The notes beneath the pieces are model-generated. The model did no database searches. It worked only from the letters and a program-made list of their open reading frames with translations, and had not been told where the DNA came from. From Octopus sinensis (lineage: Eukaryota): DNA of 64,000 nt. Below, in pieces: positions 63,183-64,000 of the stretch. A program made the translations under genes and the position numbers. Every line of letters begins with the position of its first letter. The stretch's first letter is position 1. The stretch is from positions 73,842,001 to 73,906,000 of the forward strand of contig NC_043006.1 in the NCBI RefSeq assembly GCF_006345805.1. Direction: 5' to 3'.

Positions 63183-63430
63183 TCTATTACTCTTTTACTT
63201 GTTTCAGTCATTTGACTTCGGCCATGCTTGAGCACGGCCTTTAGTCGATGAAATGGACTCAAGGACTTATTCTTTGTAAGCCTAGTACTTATATCGCACC
63301 CTTTTGCCGAACCAATAAGTTACGGGGATGCAAACACACCAACATAGAAATATATTTCTGTGCCTATGTTAGTTCCCCGTCTCACCATCAGTTATCAAGC
63401 GATGTTGGTGTGTTTACGTCCCCGTAACTT
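63183..63430 (-). mobile_element. SINE A 3' part, rearranged
   Basis: Tail motif on the minus strand. Confidence 0.8.
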
Positions 63431-63449
63431 ATCCATATATGTGTGTGCG

Positions 63450-63484
<35 letters not shown>

Positions 63485-63487
<3 letters not shown>

Positions 63488-63920
63488 ATTATATAAAATT
63501 CGTTCTGTCTGTCTGTGTGTACGTCTTCTAGGATCTCGGGCATCCTTCATCCCATTGCGTTCAAATTTGATATGTAGATACCGACGGTGAGAATGCGATC
63601 GATAAAGCCGTTTTTGTCCTGCTTTTCTTCCGTCAACCTGTACATAACTGCATCTTCCGTTTTTTGTTGTTTTTGTACTGCTTACGGTTTGAAACATGTT
63701 TGTGTTCTATCAGTCAACAGTCTTATCATTACTGGTACTTTAAACTCTTCGGTTACATATTCGTGTGAATTTCCTTTGGAGTAGAAAAAATGTCTATCTT
63801 TATTTCTTCTTTTGTTAGTGTTTCCCATTTAGGTTGAATCAGTGTTTCTCAAAGGGGAGTCCTATGGGACGGTCGGACAAGTTATCTTGAGAAACTTTGG
63901 TTTAGATGTTTGACAGGCTC
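63485..63920 (+). mobile_element. Helitron-like second family, 3'-truncated or diverged copy
   Basis: Colinear with 49520-49975. Confidence 0.65.
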
Positions 63921-64000
63921 CATTCATTTTCCGTCTACAAATCGACTTCCATTATATATTAGAATAAACTTGCTGAAGCTGGCTCGCAGTGGGACTGATG

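Overview
AT-rich, repeat-saturated eukaryotic DNA, not prokaryotic: there are no operons, CRISPR arrays, rRNA genes or true tRNA genes. The SINE families and the (TA)n/(CA)n/(GATA)n density point to a coleoid cephalopod, probably Octopus (inference from repeat content, not database-checked). Almost all supplied ORFs are microsatellite or transposon artefacts. Supported content: (1) about 20 copies or fragments of a tRNA-headed SINE ('A'), about 12 of a second SINE ('B', often concatemeric) and three modular tRNA-SINEs; (2) decayed LINEs of RTE, CR1/L2-like and R4/Dong-like (RLE) type; (3) several Penelope-like (GIY-YIG) remnants and pseudo-LTRs; (4) one full-length defective mariner, one fold-back mariner and one mariner MITE; (5) five or six non-autonomous Helitron-like elements; (6) a 1.36-kb GATA/GATAA satellite; (7) short exon-like segments with good splice sites, suggesting a minus-strand host gene of unknown identity spanning at least 3.7-53.2 kb. 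The most interesting signals are a set of minimal hammerhead-ribozyme motifs (one canonical and intact, several core variants, two pairs inside fold-backs), a CR1-like LINE 3' tail that shares sequence and stem-loop with SINE A, and an unusual density of long fold-back elements. All alignments and translations were done by eye.
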